DNA of 64,000 nt. It comes from Candidatus Dormiibacterota bacterium (lineage in GTDB: Bacteria > Chloroflexota > Dormibacteria > Aeolococcales > Aeolococcaceae). The DNA is taken from NCBI GenBank assembly GCA_963808125.1, contig CAWEEP010000042.1, forward strand, positions 510 through 64,509. The letters are read 5' to 3'. The first letter of the stretch is position 1, and each line of letters begins with the position of its first letter. Below, in pieces: positions 1 through 10,067 of the stretch. Made by a program: the position numbers and the translations under genes. The notes under the pieces were generated by a model that saw only the letters and a program-made list of their open reading frames with translations, was not told the DNA's origin and did no database searches.

Positions 1-483
1 ACGATTTTTTTAGGTAAAAGACAAACAAAGTTTGCAGGGTATCCTTTGAGCTTCTTTGGGTCGATAACTGCAAAACGGTATCTTCTCCACCACGCGTTCT
101 TCTCAAAGGGTTCAAAGACGACTTGTAAACGATAGTCTGACATTATAGACACTTAGAAGCATTCAAAAATGTAATTCGCCTAATATTGCTTGCCAACGTA
201 TACTCTATAGAACTTTATTTGCTGTTTTTAATATTAATGGGTAATAGCAAGTTTTAAAACTTAGGCCTCAATTTTCGAGGTTAAGCCTGCAATATTCGAG
301 AGCGGAAAAGAACCCTTTTACACCATCATTTATGGCCCTTTCGAAACCAAAGAAGACTCTGAAAATACGTAAAAGCAATGGTTTCTAAGGTTGTGTACAG
401 TTAAGGCTAAAACATATCAAAATCTCACAGATATAGACTATATTGATCATATTTTTATGGTTCAAAAAAGAACTTCTTAACAG

Positions 484-953
484 ATGAGTTTAATGACTAA
501 AACCAAAATCTTGTTTTTGTGCACCCACAATTCGGCGCGGTCTCAAATCGCTGAAGGGTTGCTCAGGTCTCTTTATGGCGATAGGTACGAGGTTTTTAGT
601 GCAGGAACAAATCCCACTCTGTAAATCCTTTAGCAATTAAGGTCATGGCCGGAATTGGGATAGATATTTCAGGACAATATTCTAAAAATCTTGATGTTTA
701 CAAAGGTGAGGATTTCGATTTGGTTGTGTCGGTATGCCGAAGTGGTTCAAAAATAAATTGTCCGATTTGTGCCTCGCCGATAGTTATGGGCAGACCTGAG
801 TTAATTGCTTCAAGGTTGCCTAAAGCGAAGGATTATTTGGATCACCCCTTCAAAGACCCGTCCGAAGTTGAGGGCAGCGCAGAAGAAAAACTTGAAGCGT
901 TCCGCCGCACAAGGGACGAAATGAAAGAGTGGATTTCTGAGCGCTTTGCTTAA
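484..953 (+). CDS. arsC: Arsenate reductase, LMW-PTP/thioredoxin-coupled type (frameshift near 615-620)
   Basis: Manual translation from ATG 484 gives [25 protein letters not shown]...EVFSAGT (CX5R motif). It continues in another frame as ORF 645-953 ([19 protein letters not shown]). Confidence 0.88.
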
Positions 954-994
954 TTGAACGACCAACATTAATACATACTAGGCAGTGAATCTAC

Positions 995-1430
995 TTGGAA
1001 AAAACCAAAGTTATTTTTCTATGCGTTGGAAATTCAGCGCGCAGCCAAATGGCAGAAGCTTTTTTAAAGAAATCTGCAGGTGACTATTTTGAGGTTTACA
1101 GTGCAGGCTTCCAGCAACGAGCCCATCCACCCCTACACTGTCCAAGTTATGAATGAATTGGGATTCGACTTAAGCGGCCAATACTCCAAGGACCTGTCAC
1201 AGTATCTGGGCAAAATCCATTTCGGCATAGTCATAACGGTCTGTGTGAAAGACGAAGAGGCATGCCCAACCATCCCAGGAATATCCACACGGCTCTATTG
1301 GCCTTTTGAGGATCCAGCCGCTCTTCAAGGCACAGAAGAAGAAAAATTAGCAAAATTCAGAGAAATACGAGACAAAATCAACGAAAAGATAAAGGCATGG
1401 TTGAAAGAAAGAGGCATAACTGATAGCTAA
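995..1430 (+). CDS. arsC: Second arsenate reductase ArsC (frameshift near 1110)
   Basis: TTG 995 gives [22 protein letters not shown]...EVYSAG. The C-terminal half is in ORF 1080-1430 (ITVC..EACP...WPFEDPA...KFREIRD). Confidence 0.88.
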
Positions 1431-1877
1431 ACGCTTGAATTTTTTACTTGGACTTTTCTTCGAACCTTTCGTTCTCTTCAATTAATGCAGATTAACCATC
1501 TGAGTGTTCGCTTAAAAAAAATGCAATCAACGAATTTAGAATTATATATGAAACCCTCATCTCTGACAGGATAAAACAATCGAATACACAATCTATCCGA
1601 GTTAAGGACTATCGCAGTTTAGTCGTGTCTAAGGAAAAAATTGATTTTATATTTGCTAATCTCCTGATAATATTGAAGATTTTTTGGTTCATGACGTTCA
1701 CCGAAATCGTAAGAGCTGTGTTTACGTTTAATCGCTTTGTCGATGGCTTATGGGATAGCTGGTGGAAAGCAGGAACGGAGATAAAAATTGTGGCTCGTAA
1801 TGTCTGGTTTTCTCATGTTTATCTGTTGAAAAGCCCTTAACGCTTTCTTTGACTTGTAATCTGGATTTGTAGTCTTT

Positions 1878-2552
1878 TCAAGATTCAACAAATCTGGTAT
1901 CTATATTCTCTTCCCAAAACTTCTTAAAACAAGATCTATATTTCGGAATCCTCCTTCTACCCCTCCACGTTGATTTGTTAGCAAATCTCTTAATTTCTTT
2001 CGACGGCTTGAAGTACGCTACGGCATTCTCAACACTTAACACAAATGGAGGTCGCCCATAATACATGCTAATCCAATTGGCAAGCAAATTACCTGTCCTA
2101 TGGTTGCCTTCAATGAACAATTGAGGAAAACCAAGCACAGCAACATATACCTCAGCTGCCACCTTTAACGGATGTGGTTTGCCCTTCATGTGCTTTCTAT
2201 ACCATTCCTCAATGGGAATGATGTATTCAGCGAATTTCTCCGAATTACACTTAATTGCCTGATTATACTCAAGTCTTAGCTGAAAATCAAACCCATAATG
2301 TACAATGTTGTTTAGTTCTAGAATTTGCGAAATTCCTTCCAATGAGAAAGGTTCAACATCCCTTGCAAGAAGGTTATCAAGGTACCTATACGCTTTCATC
2401 ATCTGATCTCTAATGACCGAGTCAAAAGTGTCACGCCTACCTATCTTCTCAAAATCTAATTCATCGTCGATCTTCTTCCAGTTTTTTTCCACGTCAAGAA
2501 GAGAATTCTCTACGTTTTGAAGGTTAAATCTGAGTATTTTTTTCTTGACCAA
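1878..2552 (-). CDS. Fic/Doc-like protein with a degenerate active-site motif
   Basis: PQLFIEGNHRTG resembles the Fic motif HxFx[DE]GNGRxxR. 224 aa ORF. Confidence 0.6.
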   Translation of the reverse strand: MVKKKILRFNLQNVENSLLDVEKNWKKIDDELDFEKIGRRDTFDSVIRDQMMKAYRYLDNLLARDVEPFSLEGISQILELNNIVHYGFDFQLRLEYNQAIKCNSEKFAEYIIPIEEWYRKHMKGKPHPLKVAAEVYVAVLGFPQLFIEGNHRTGNLLANWISMYYGRPPFVLSVENAVAYFKPSKEIKRFANKSTWRGRRRIPKYRSCFKKFWEENIDTRFVES

Positions 2553-3247
2553 GATGATTCCTACAAAACTACTCTATCGACAGTTATTTACATATTTGAA
2601 TTCTCCCTGTTGTTATGGTGCGTTCATACACGGCAATGAAACATCGGTTCAAACAAACTGCAACTATTGCAGATTGGCTATTCGCCGAAAGACAATTGGT
2701 TTTATAGAGTTTTTCATCGTGCTTTTGGCTATAATATTTATTATATGGAGTTAACGGAGAGAGCTACTAATTATCTCTGGTTAACAAGATTCTTATTCTA
2801 AAACAAACAATCTAAGGTTAAGAATGGCTGTTAGAGGTTGAAAGCTTACCAAACAAGCAAACAAAGCAATTCCTGTTTTCGAAGCCTTCTCCTTTCTCCT
2901 CGAAATCGGATAGCTGTTTGGAAAGCCAACAAACAATGAAAACACCCATTCGCTAAAAAGTCTTCGCTATTTACAGTTGATAGTGTATTAAGCATTAAGT
3001 ATAGCTATATAGAATATGCCGAGTAACTCTAAAAACAGCTTTGCCCACATAGATTTCAAGAAGGAGAACATAAAAATGTGCAACCTAACAATGGATATTC
3101 ACATTCATAACGAAGAAGCAAACACAAGATATATTTCAAAAAAAATTGCTACAACAAAAGACAGCATTAGCATAATTTTCTTGGATCCCCTAATCAAAGC
3201 CGAGCAAATGAAAGGTAACTAAGAAAAAAGGAAAACAAGTGACTTGG

Positions 3248-3493
3248 TTATTTCATCCATTGATAATTCGAGAACTCGATAGCATCCAATATTTTTGCTG
3301 TAAAGTCTTTTTCGTCGATCTTGTCGTTGCAGTACATTACAAAGCCGTCGAAGGCAAAGAAGTACATGTTCTTGCGTCGGTAGATAATTTTTGGTCTTGC
3401 ACTGTCAACTAGTTCTAAAAATTCTTGTTTGTTAAATTTAACCCTGTAACCGCTCGCAGATGTTTCAGCGACAATCGCTGATGATTCAACCAT
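3248..3493 (-). CDS. Hypothetical protein
   Basis: 81 aa ORF with GAGGT just upstream. No recognisable motif. Confidence 0.55.
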   Translation of the reverse strand: MVESSAIVAETSASGYRVKFNKQEFLELVDSARPKIIYRRKNMYFFAFDGFVMYCNDKIDEKDFTAKILDAIEFSNYQWMK

Positions 3494-3998
3494 TTTTATT
3501 CGACCTCAACAAGAAATATGCTTAAATCGATTTAAGAGTTGCCGAATATAAACGCAAATCAAGCGTGAGCCTTTCTTGAATTTGAATGCAGCTAGTCGCC
3601 AAACATTAACCTTTGGAGGAGTGAAATTCTATTTATAATATATTTTTTTGTTCTTCATCTTTAGATTATTTGTGAAACTTTTAAACCGCAGAAAAGACAG
3701 CAATAGTTTGCCGAAAAGAGCATTGAAAGCCAAGCAGAAAACGGACGCTCGGCGAACCAACGTTTGACATACAAACCAGCTCCTAAAGTTTGAATCCCCA
3801 GATGCTTGCCCCATCTTGTTGAGCGTTAGGTTCGCTGAGCAACTATTTTTGAATCTTATTTTGGTATAATTTACCGACTGGGTTGTCGAGGTTAAGGGTT
3901 TAGTTTGGGTTTTGGAATTTGGATAATTATTTGAAATTTTGTTTTTTTTCACAAATATTACGTATCAATAAAGCAGATAGTTCTTGCTTAGATGAGAC

Positions 3999-4244
3999 AT
4001 GACCATCAACATCCCATCAAGTCACAGAATCGGCTTGATAATAAACAGCATAGGCCTAAGTTGTCCAGGCGGCGCGATCTTTCTGCAAATTCTAGTTTTC
4101 TCAAACATCCTCGAACAAGGATACTTTAAGGCCGTAGAAACCAACACACCTATTCTGTCACTAGAAATAGCCTTAACAGCCTTTACAGCCGTTTACTTCC
4201 TGTACCTCTACCAAAAAACAATCCGCACAAACCTAAAACAATAG
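3999..4244 (+). CDS. Small two-TM membrane protein
   Basis: Two hydrophobic segments in 81 aa. Confidence 0.55.
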   Translation: MTINIPSSHRIGLIINSIGLSCPGGAIFLQILVFSNILEQGYFKAVETNTPILSLEIALTAFTAVYFLYLYQKTIRTNLKQ

Positions 4245-4500
4245 CACCCTCAACTCTTCAACACCCACAACTAACCCAAACCCAACATACCCCACACTAC
4301 ACCCACACAGCCCAACATACAAACCAACATGACTGTGTAAAACAACCCATCTCCCCACACACAAACCACAACAGAAAAACAACCCAAACCAAAAAAGCAA
4401 CCTTTTCCAAAGCCTCCAGTGTAGTGTGCAATCCTACGCCACCACACCCACACAAAACGAGAAAAACAAGATAGGGCAAAAAACACGGTTTTTGAAAGGA
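4245..4500. repeat. Low-complexity A/C-rich (G/T-rich on minus strand) intergenic tract
   Basis: Plus strand is almost G-free. CCCAACATAC occurs at 4281 and 4311. Six C3-4 runs lie between 4264 and 4313. Confidence 0.75.
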
Positions 4501-4614
4501 AAATAGAATCTTTCCCATTAAAGTTGCTCCAAATCACCTTCAACTAACCTATCATCGTTTTAGCAATATCGATGAGTAACCTTCAAAAGCAACATTTTAA
4601 CATTCCATTGATTA

Positions 4615-5247
4615 ATGGTACCTGTTCTGAATGTTAATTGGCAAAGCCCCGACGCCGACTACAGCTTTAGCGAACGCGATGCTGATGTATTGGCGTTGAT
4701 TGAAAATGAGGAATTAGCCACCTTCACCTTCGACGGGTTAAAGCGCAGAACAGGCTTGCATTCTGAAACACTCTCACGCATTCTAAGTCACCTTGAAGAA
4801 GAAGGCATTGTGAAAAAAGAACGTGAAGGCTATCGTGTAAACCCCAAAATAACTGAACTTAAACTCAACGCACCACACAAAGAAACCCCAACCACACCTC
4901 TCATACAGACTTTTCTGCCTTCAGACCTTATGACCCAGCAACTCATCCACTCACTCAAAGGCAGATGGTTCGGCATACTCCGCTGGCTAGGCATATCCGA
5001 AAACAACCAAGGCGTAACCCTCAAATGGATCACCGAGGACGGCGCCATCCAAATAGCCGCCAACATCCAAGGCACTGCCCTAAACATCGAAGCAAAATTC
5101 TTAACCAGCAATAACGTAAACGTGGCCCTCAAGGCATCGTACCAGTTGATGTCGCTTATCGGCAAGCTCTGCATAACCTCGCAGTCTTCACGGCAAGTCA
5201 TGGCAAGAAATGTAAGCTACTTTGGCGGCACCATGATGCCAGCCTAA
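4615..5247 (+). CDS. Winged-helix (HTH) domain protein, putative regulator
   Basis: FTFDGLKRRTGLHSETLSRILSHLEEEGIVKK...GY has the wHTH pattern. Confidence 0.7.
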   Translation: MVPVLNVNWQSPDADYSFSERDADVLALIENEELATFTFDGLKRRTGLHSETLSRILSHLEEEGIVKKEREGYRVNPKITELKLNAPHKETPTTPLIQTFLPSDLMTQQLIHSLKGRWFGILRWLGISENNQGVTLKWITEDGAIQIAANIQGTALNIEAKFLTSNNVNVALKASYQLMSLIGKLCITSQSSRQVMARNVSYFGGTMMPA

Positions 5248-5320
5248 CTTTTGTGACCAAGTCTTTGTGTTCCTTAGTCAACAAATACCTTTTTGCCCAT
5301 TAGTGATTCAGGGAAACAAA

Positions 5321-6253
5321 ATGACTCAATTAGTTAACCCATTAGAAATCTTAAAATCGCTCTCAGAAGCAACGAGCACACTCATCAAAAAAACCTCAGA
5401 GTCGGTGGTGAGCGTTAAAGCGCAGATGTCAAGAGGCACCGGTGTCGTCTTAACCAAAGACGGCTACATCGTCACCTGCAACCACGTCCTTCAAGGCTGC
5501 AACACCATCAAAATCGGGCAAGGAGAAAAAACCTTCAACGCAAAAATCGTCGGCACAGACCCATACAACGACATCGCCGTACTAAAGGCAGAAAAAGGCG
5601 AATTCACACCCATCGAATTGGCAGATTCAGAAAAACTAAACGTCGGACAATACGTTCTGGCTCTGGCTAACCCCTTCAACCGAAATCAACCAACAGCAAC
5701 CAGCGGCATGGTAACCAGCGTAAACAGCGCCATCAGAGGATGGCGAGGATCCACGGCAATGGAGAACGTCATCGCAACCGATGCACAACTCAACCCCGGT
5801 TTCAGCGGCGGACCACTTGTCGATGTTCAAGGCAAACTAATCGGCATAAACACCGCTTATGTTTGGCAAAGAGGCATCGCCATTCCCGTAAACAAAGTCA
5901 AAGCCATAACAGACCGCTTAATAACTGGAAAAGTGGCGCAAAGAGGATACCTAGGCATAGTCGCCAACACGGTAGCCATTCCAGAAGAAATAGCAGAACA
6001 AGCCGGGCTCGAACAAGAAACAGGCGTAATGATCTTCAGCGTCGAAGCAGGATCCCCAGCACGCAAAGCAGGCTTAGCCATGGGCGACGTACTCGTTAAA
6101 TTCAACGACAAACCCGTCACCGAATTCTACGACCTACCACGACTCCTAAGCGAAGACGTCATCGATAAAGAAACCAAAGTAACAATCATCCGCAGAGAAA
6201 GCCTCATCGAAACAACCATCGTCCCAACCGTCCACGGAGGCGAAGAAGACTGA
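5321..6253 (+). CDS. HtrA/DegP-family trypsin-like serine protease with a PDZ domain
   Basis: TCNHV, DIAVLK and TDAQLNPGFSGGPL supply the catalytic triad. GYLGI/SPARKAGL mark the PDZ domain. Start taken at ATG 5321. Confidence 0.92.
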   Translation: MTQLVNPLEILKSLSEATSTLIKKTSESVVSVKAQMSRGTGVVLTKDGYIVTCNHVLQGCNTIKIGQGEKTFNAKIVGTDPYNDIAVLKAEKGEFTPIELADSEKLNVGQYVLALANPFNRNQPTATSGMVTSVNSAIRGWRGSTAMENVIATDAQLNPGFSGGPLVDVQGKLIGINTAYVWQRGIAIPVNKVKAITDRLITGKVAQRGYLGIVANTVAIPEEIAEQAGLEQETGVMIFSVEAGSPARKAGLAMGDVLVKFNDKPVTEFYDLPRLLSEDVIDKETKVTIIRRESLIETTIVPTVHGGEED

Positions 6254-6399
6254 TAAATCGTGCACCATTAGAGATTGATCCGCCATCACCGATGCCAGCA
6301 CCGCCACTCCGCAGACGACCCTCTCCAATGCCCCAAATAAGCTTCGTTCCAAGAGAGGACCCATCGCTCCGATTATTCCTAGACGAGCGCTGGAACTAA
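6250..6399 (+). CDS. Putative 49-aa proline-rich small protein (not in the ORF track)
   Basis: Open frame CTG 6250 to TAA 6399 overlaps the HtrA stop, with GGAGG upstream and a T-rich tract after the stop. Confidence 0.35.
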   Translation: MINRAPLEIDPPSPMPAPPLRRRPSPMPQISFVPREDPSLRLFLDERWN

Positions 6400-6417
6400 T
6401 TTTTCTTTTTTTTATTT
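6400..6417 (+). terminator. Archaeal-type oligo-T terminator
   Basis: TTTTTCTTTTTTTTATTT follows the wHTH-HtrA-sORF unit. Confidence 0.5.
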
Positions 6418-6521
6418 AACTAAATCAAAGAATTTGTTATTATCATTCGGAAAACTTGTGAACCATTTTATCTGAAATACCTTATAAGCAGATTCAACCT
6501 AACACTATTTGAGGGGTATGC

Positions 6522-6917
6522 ATGCACGCTGGATTAGCTTTCGCAATAGGCATTTTAGTCACTATAGCCGCGTTTCTGTTTTTTGCTGCAATTTCGGGAA
6601 CAAACTTCTATGGATTAGCTATTTCGGTTGAGTTAACCCTTGGAATAACCCTCATCATCGTTGCTATAATTGTGGGAATAATATTCTATGTGGGGGTTAA
6701 AGCTCAGTTTAGACGTGTAAAAACAGGCAAAGAAGCCTTAATCGGCGCCAAAGGCATAGCAACATCCGACCTCAAACCTAATGGTGAAGTCCGAGTGATG
6801 GGAGAGTTCTGGGAAGCCGCCGTCAAAGACGGCGAGATAGCAACGGGCCAAGCTATCGAAGTCGTTGGGCTGAACGGCATGTTTTTGGTGGTTAAACCAG
6901 CCGAGCAAAAAGCTTAA
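6522..6917 (+). CDS. NfeD-family membrane protein (C-terminal OB domain)
   Basis: TM helices, then TGKEALIG..G.A.SDLKPNGEVRVMGEFWEA. Adjacent to an SPFH gene. Confidence 0.9.
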   Translation: MHAGLAFAIGILVTIAAFLFFAAISGTNFYGLAISVELTLGITLIIVAIIVGIIFYVGVKAQFRRVKTGKEALIGAKGIATSDLKPNGEVRVMGEFWEAAVKDGEIATGQAIEVVGLNGMFLVVKPAEQKA

Positions 6918-6956
6918 TTCTCCAAGCATTGCATACCAATAGTCGAGGAATGAAAG

Positions 6957-7829
6957 TTGGTTGACGTTTTAACTCCTATTATCGGTTTTATAGCTATTGT
7001 TGTTGCACTTTTCCTGTTAAGTGGTATCCGCGTACTCAGAGAATGGGAACGCATGCCAGTCTTAAGGCTTGGACGCTATGTGGGTTTGAAGGGACCTGGA
7101 ATCATCTATCTGGTTCCCTTAATCGACAGGGCACCCCTAAAAATCTCAACACGACTAGACACCATACAATTCCGCACAGAATCCACACTAACCAAAGATA
7201 ACGTTCCTGTAAACGTTGATTCAGTCCTGTACATGAAACCCGTAGATTTGGAGAAGGCAGTATTGGCAGTTGAGAATTACTACCAAGCGACACAATTGGC
7301 ATCGCAAACAACCCTCAGAGAAGTCATCGGTAAAGTAAGCCTCAATGAGTTGCTTGCGGAACGAGAAAAAGTCGGAGCTCGCCTGCGTGAAATCATCGAC
7401 GAAAAAACTGAGTCATGGGGAATCAAAGTCACATCCGTTGAAGTACGGGATGTGATTATACCGAGTAACCTGCAGGACGCTATGAGCCGTCAAGCACAAG
7501 CTGAAAGGGAACGCATTGCAAGAGTAACTTTAGCCACCGCCGAGTTTGAAGCCTCAGCAAAAATGATTGAAGCAGCCAAAATGTACGAAGCAAGCCCCGA
7601 AGGACTAAGACTCAGATGGATGAACATACTCTACGAATTAGGTCAACAATCACAGACAAATACCATCATGCTAGTGCCAGCAGTTATGCCAGAAGCAGGT
7701 TGGCCACCAGTTGGAACCTACGGCTTCAAAGACTTAACAAAGGCGCAACTAGAAAACGCAGCAAAGAAGAAAACAATGCCACAACAAGAACCCATACCAC
7801 CTGCCCCATCCGAGCAGACCCCCGAATAA
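6957..7829 (+). CDS. SPFH/stomatin (slipin) family protein
   Basis: LRLGR...GPG, LTKDNVPVNVD, WGIKVTSVEVRD, MSRQAQAERERIA. Confidence 0.95.
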   Translation: MVDVLTPIIGFIAIVVALFLLSGIRVLREWERMPVLRLGRYVGLKGPGIIYLVPLIDRAPLKISTRLDTIQFRTESTLTKDNVPVNVDSVLYMKPVDLEKAVLAVENYYQATQLASQTTLREVIGKVSLNELLAEREKVGARLREIIDEKTESWGIKVTSVEVRDVIIPSNLQDAMSRQAQAERERIARVTLATAEFEASAKMIEAAKMYEASPEGLRLRWMNILYELGQQSQTNTIMLVPAVMPEAGWPPVGTYGFKDLTKAQLENAAKKKTMPQQEPIPPAPSEQTPE

Positions 7830-7869
7830 GAAGATTTTTTCTTCTTACTCTTAATTTTACCCCAAAAAA

Positions 7870-8901
7870 TTAGAATTTAATGTTCTCCTTTACCGCTCTC
7901 ACAGACCGTTCCAGAACCAACGCAGCTGACTCCTGACTCGGCCAGCTTCCTAAACCGCAATCCGGACCCGTAAATGTCATTCGTTCGCCATACTTTTCTT
8001 TGGCAAATTCATACCGTTTTTCCATAGTTTGTGTAGATTCAACAATTTGTTCGGTTGAAGGCTGCGTTATGCCTTTTTCATAGAGTTCTGCCCATATGGA
8101 GTCGATGTCTGTTCTTGCGATTCCTACACGTATTTGCTTATCGGCTTTTTCTAGTACGCTTTTCGGCAAATCCTCGATGTTCTTTGGAGAAGCCGCATAC
8201 TCGAAAGATAACACATCAAGCCCTTTTACATTAACTATATCGTGGATTCCTGAAGAGAAATGCAGATGAATCTGCTTGATTGGTCCTTGAAAGTCATAGG
8301 CGGTCTCCAATGCTTCGCGGATTAATTCTGGGTTGCCTGTGAAACTGCTATGTCCAAGGCTTGGTTCGTCGATGGATACTACTTTGGTTTCGATGTACTT
8401 GTTGTTTAGAATGCTGTTTTTTGCGAATCTATTGATGGTTTGGGCAAATCCATCCAGCACATCGGGGTATGCAGTCGCGCCGACTTCGCTGAGGTACTGC
8501 TCGATTGGACCAAAAATTGAAACTCGCAACTGAATTTTTTTTCCGAACTCTTCACTTAGGCGTTTGGCTTCTTGGTTTAGGACGTAGATTTCAGGTAGGA
8601 AAGCCCTTTCTTGATCCACGATAAAGGAGCCTTTCTCCATTGCGGCGTGGATTGCGTCGCCAACTTGTTTGATTCCACTGTAATGCTGCGGAAAATTAAC
8701 CACATCTAAGCCTGAACGAATCTTGGTTCTAAACGAATCGACAACTACCTCACAGAAATTTTTTAAAGTGAACTCGTCTTTCGCCGGGTCTTTACCATTG
8801 ATTATGGCTTCTCTTGCAAGTTCATATACCCTGCTATAGGTTTCTCTTTTAACGTTTGCAGGCAACGGAAAACTGCCGATATCGTCAACTAAAGTGTCCA
8901 T
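7870..8901 (-). CDS. Core (folate-independent) methionine synthase, MesC-like
   Basis: N-terminal DDIGSFPLP, SIDEP, IHLH and FTGPDCGL. Single MetE-type catalytic barrel of 343 aa. Confidence 0.75.
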   Translation of the reverse strand: MDTLVDDIGSFPLPANVKRETYSRVYELAREAIINGKDPAKDEFTLKNFCEVVVDSFRTKIRSGLDVVNFPQHYSGIKQVGDAIHAAMEKGSFIVDQERAFLPEIYVLNQEAKRLSEEFGKKIQLRVSIFGPIEQYLSEVGATAYPDVLDGFAQTINRFAKNSILNNKYIETKVVSIDEPSLGHSSFTGNPELIREALETAYDFQGPIKQIHLHFSSGIHDIVNVKGLDVLSFEYAASPKNIEDLPKSVLEKADKQIRVGIARTDIDSIWAELYEKGITQPSTEQIVESTQTMEKRYEFAKEKYGERMTFTGPDCGLGSWPSQESAALVLERSVRAVKENIKF

Positions 8902-8971
8902 AAAGTATTATTGACTGGCAAAAATCTATTAAAGCTATATCCTACCAACAAACCCTGAAAGGTATGACTCC

Positions 8972-9394
8972 ATGTCCGAAAACTGCATATTCTGCCAGAT
9001 AATCCAAAAAGAAACACCTGCAAACATAGTTTATGAAGACGAAAAGTTGTGGCTTTTTTAACTAATCGCCCAGTCAACGAAGGACACACACTGGTAGTTC
9101 CCGAAAAACACTACGAAAACATCTACGAGATTCCTGAAGAGGAAGTAGCCTATTTATTCAAGATTGCGAAACGGGTTGCTTGCAGTTAGGGATGCAGTTT
9201 CTGCGGATGGAATACGGCTTGTGCAGAATAATGGGTGGGCGGCTGGTCAGGTTGTGTCGCACCTGCATGTACATGTTATACCAATGATGTCAACTGAGGG
9301 CTTTATTCATGGTAAGGCTTTCCACGATCACACAAATCCTCGCAGTTCAGAAGAATTGGAGAGGGACGCTGAAAAGATAAGGAAGCATCTTTAG
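8972..9394 (+). CDS. HIT-family hydrolase (frameshifted)
   Basis: MSENCIFCQII...GHTLVVPEKHYE upstream and NNG..AGQVVSHLHVHVIP in ORF 9164-9394. Confidence 0.9.
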
Positions 9395-9508
9395 TAACGC
9401 ACATCGACAGGTTCGCCGGAGAAAGCAAGAGTTCTTCTGCCAAGAAAAATAGGCACACCTATAAAAGGGTGAAAAACAATCATTGCTCTATTCAAAAGAC
9501 GGATAAAC

Positions 9509-9856
9509 ATGACTCAACAACCCAACGAGCAAAACAACAATAATGAATCGTCACCCTCAAAAATTGAGAAACTTTTAATCGATGACCTCTCGAATTTTCA
9601 ATTTCATGCCGCTTACCTTGTTTATGAAGAAGCATTCGACAAGGCAAATGATGCCGAATCTAAAGAGGAATTAAACCAGAACATTCAAGATTTGAAAGAC
9701 AACAAAATATCAACTGAAAATTTCTATGGAAATGTGTCTCGGTTTAGGAAGCTAGATGTTCCCCGCCAAGAAAGGTTCTCTATGCAGACGCAGCGCAAGA
9801 AAGATTGGCGCAAGAAGACTCAGCGCCAAGAAAGGATCAAAAGGCACAAAAAATAG
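9509..9856 (+). CDS. Hypothetical protein with a basic C-terminus
   Basis: 115 aa ORF with a TATA-like CTATAAAA upstream and a T-rich tract downstream. Confidence 0.6.
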   Translation: MTQQPNEQNNNNESSPSKIEKLLIDDLSNFQFHAAYLVYEEAFDKANDAESKEELNQNIQDLKDNKISTENFYGNVSRFRKLDVPRQERFSMQTQRKKDWRKKTQRQERIKRHKK

Positions 9857-9969
9857 AAGTCCTTTCTTTTATTTCCCGACTATTAGTCGATTAGCTTTTT
9901 TGGGTTAAAGTGGGTTTTAGGTTCGTTAGGCTCATAATGTTTGAACGCGACAAACTGATTGAGGTTGGT

Positions 9970-9991
9970 TTGTTTAAACATGTTTAAACAA
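9970..9991. promoter_or_regulatory. Perfect 22-bp palindrome, candidate operator
   Basis: TTGTTTAAACATGTTTAAACAA (two tandem TGTTTAAACA palindromes) lies ~75 bp upstream of the ECF-S/pantoate kinase/coaD operon. Confidence 0.5.
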
Positions 9992-10067
9992 TTCAAAGGT
10001 AAGTTTTATCTACAAAAAGAACTCTCATCAGCGTCAACAATTAAACAACAAGGAAGCAAAAATTAAG

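Noticed and set aside
1431-3950. Short ORFs at 1625, 2545, 3016 and 3629
   Set aside because: No motifs, weak starts and AT-rich context make them probably spurious or remnants.
4271-4543. Two Cys/Val/Gly/Trp-rich minus-strand ORFs
   Set aside because: A by-product of the G/T-rich low-complexity tract, which rarely forms stop codons.
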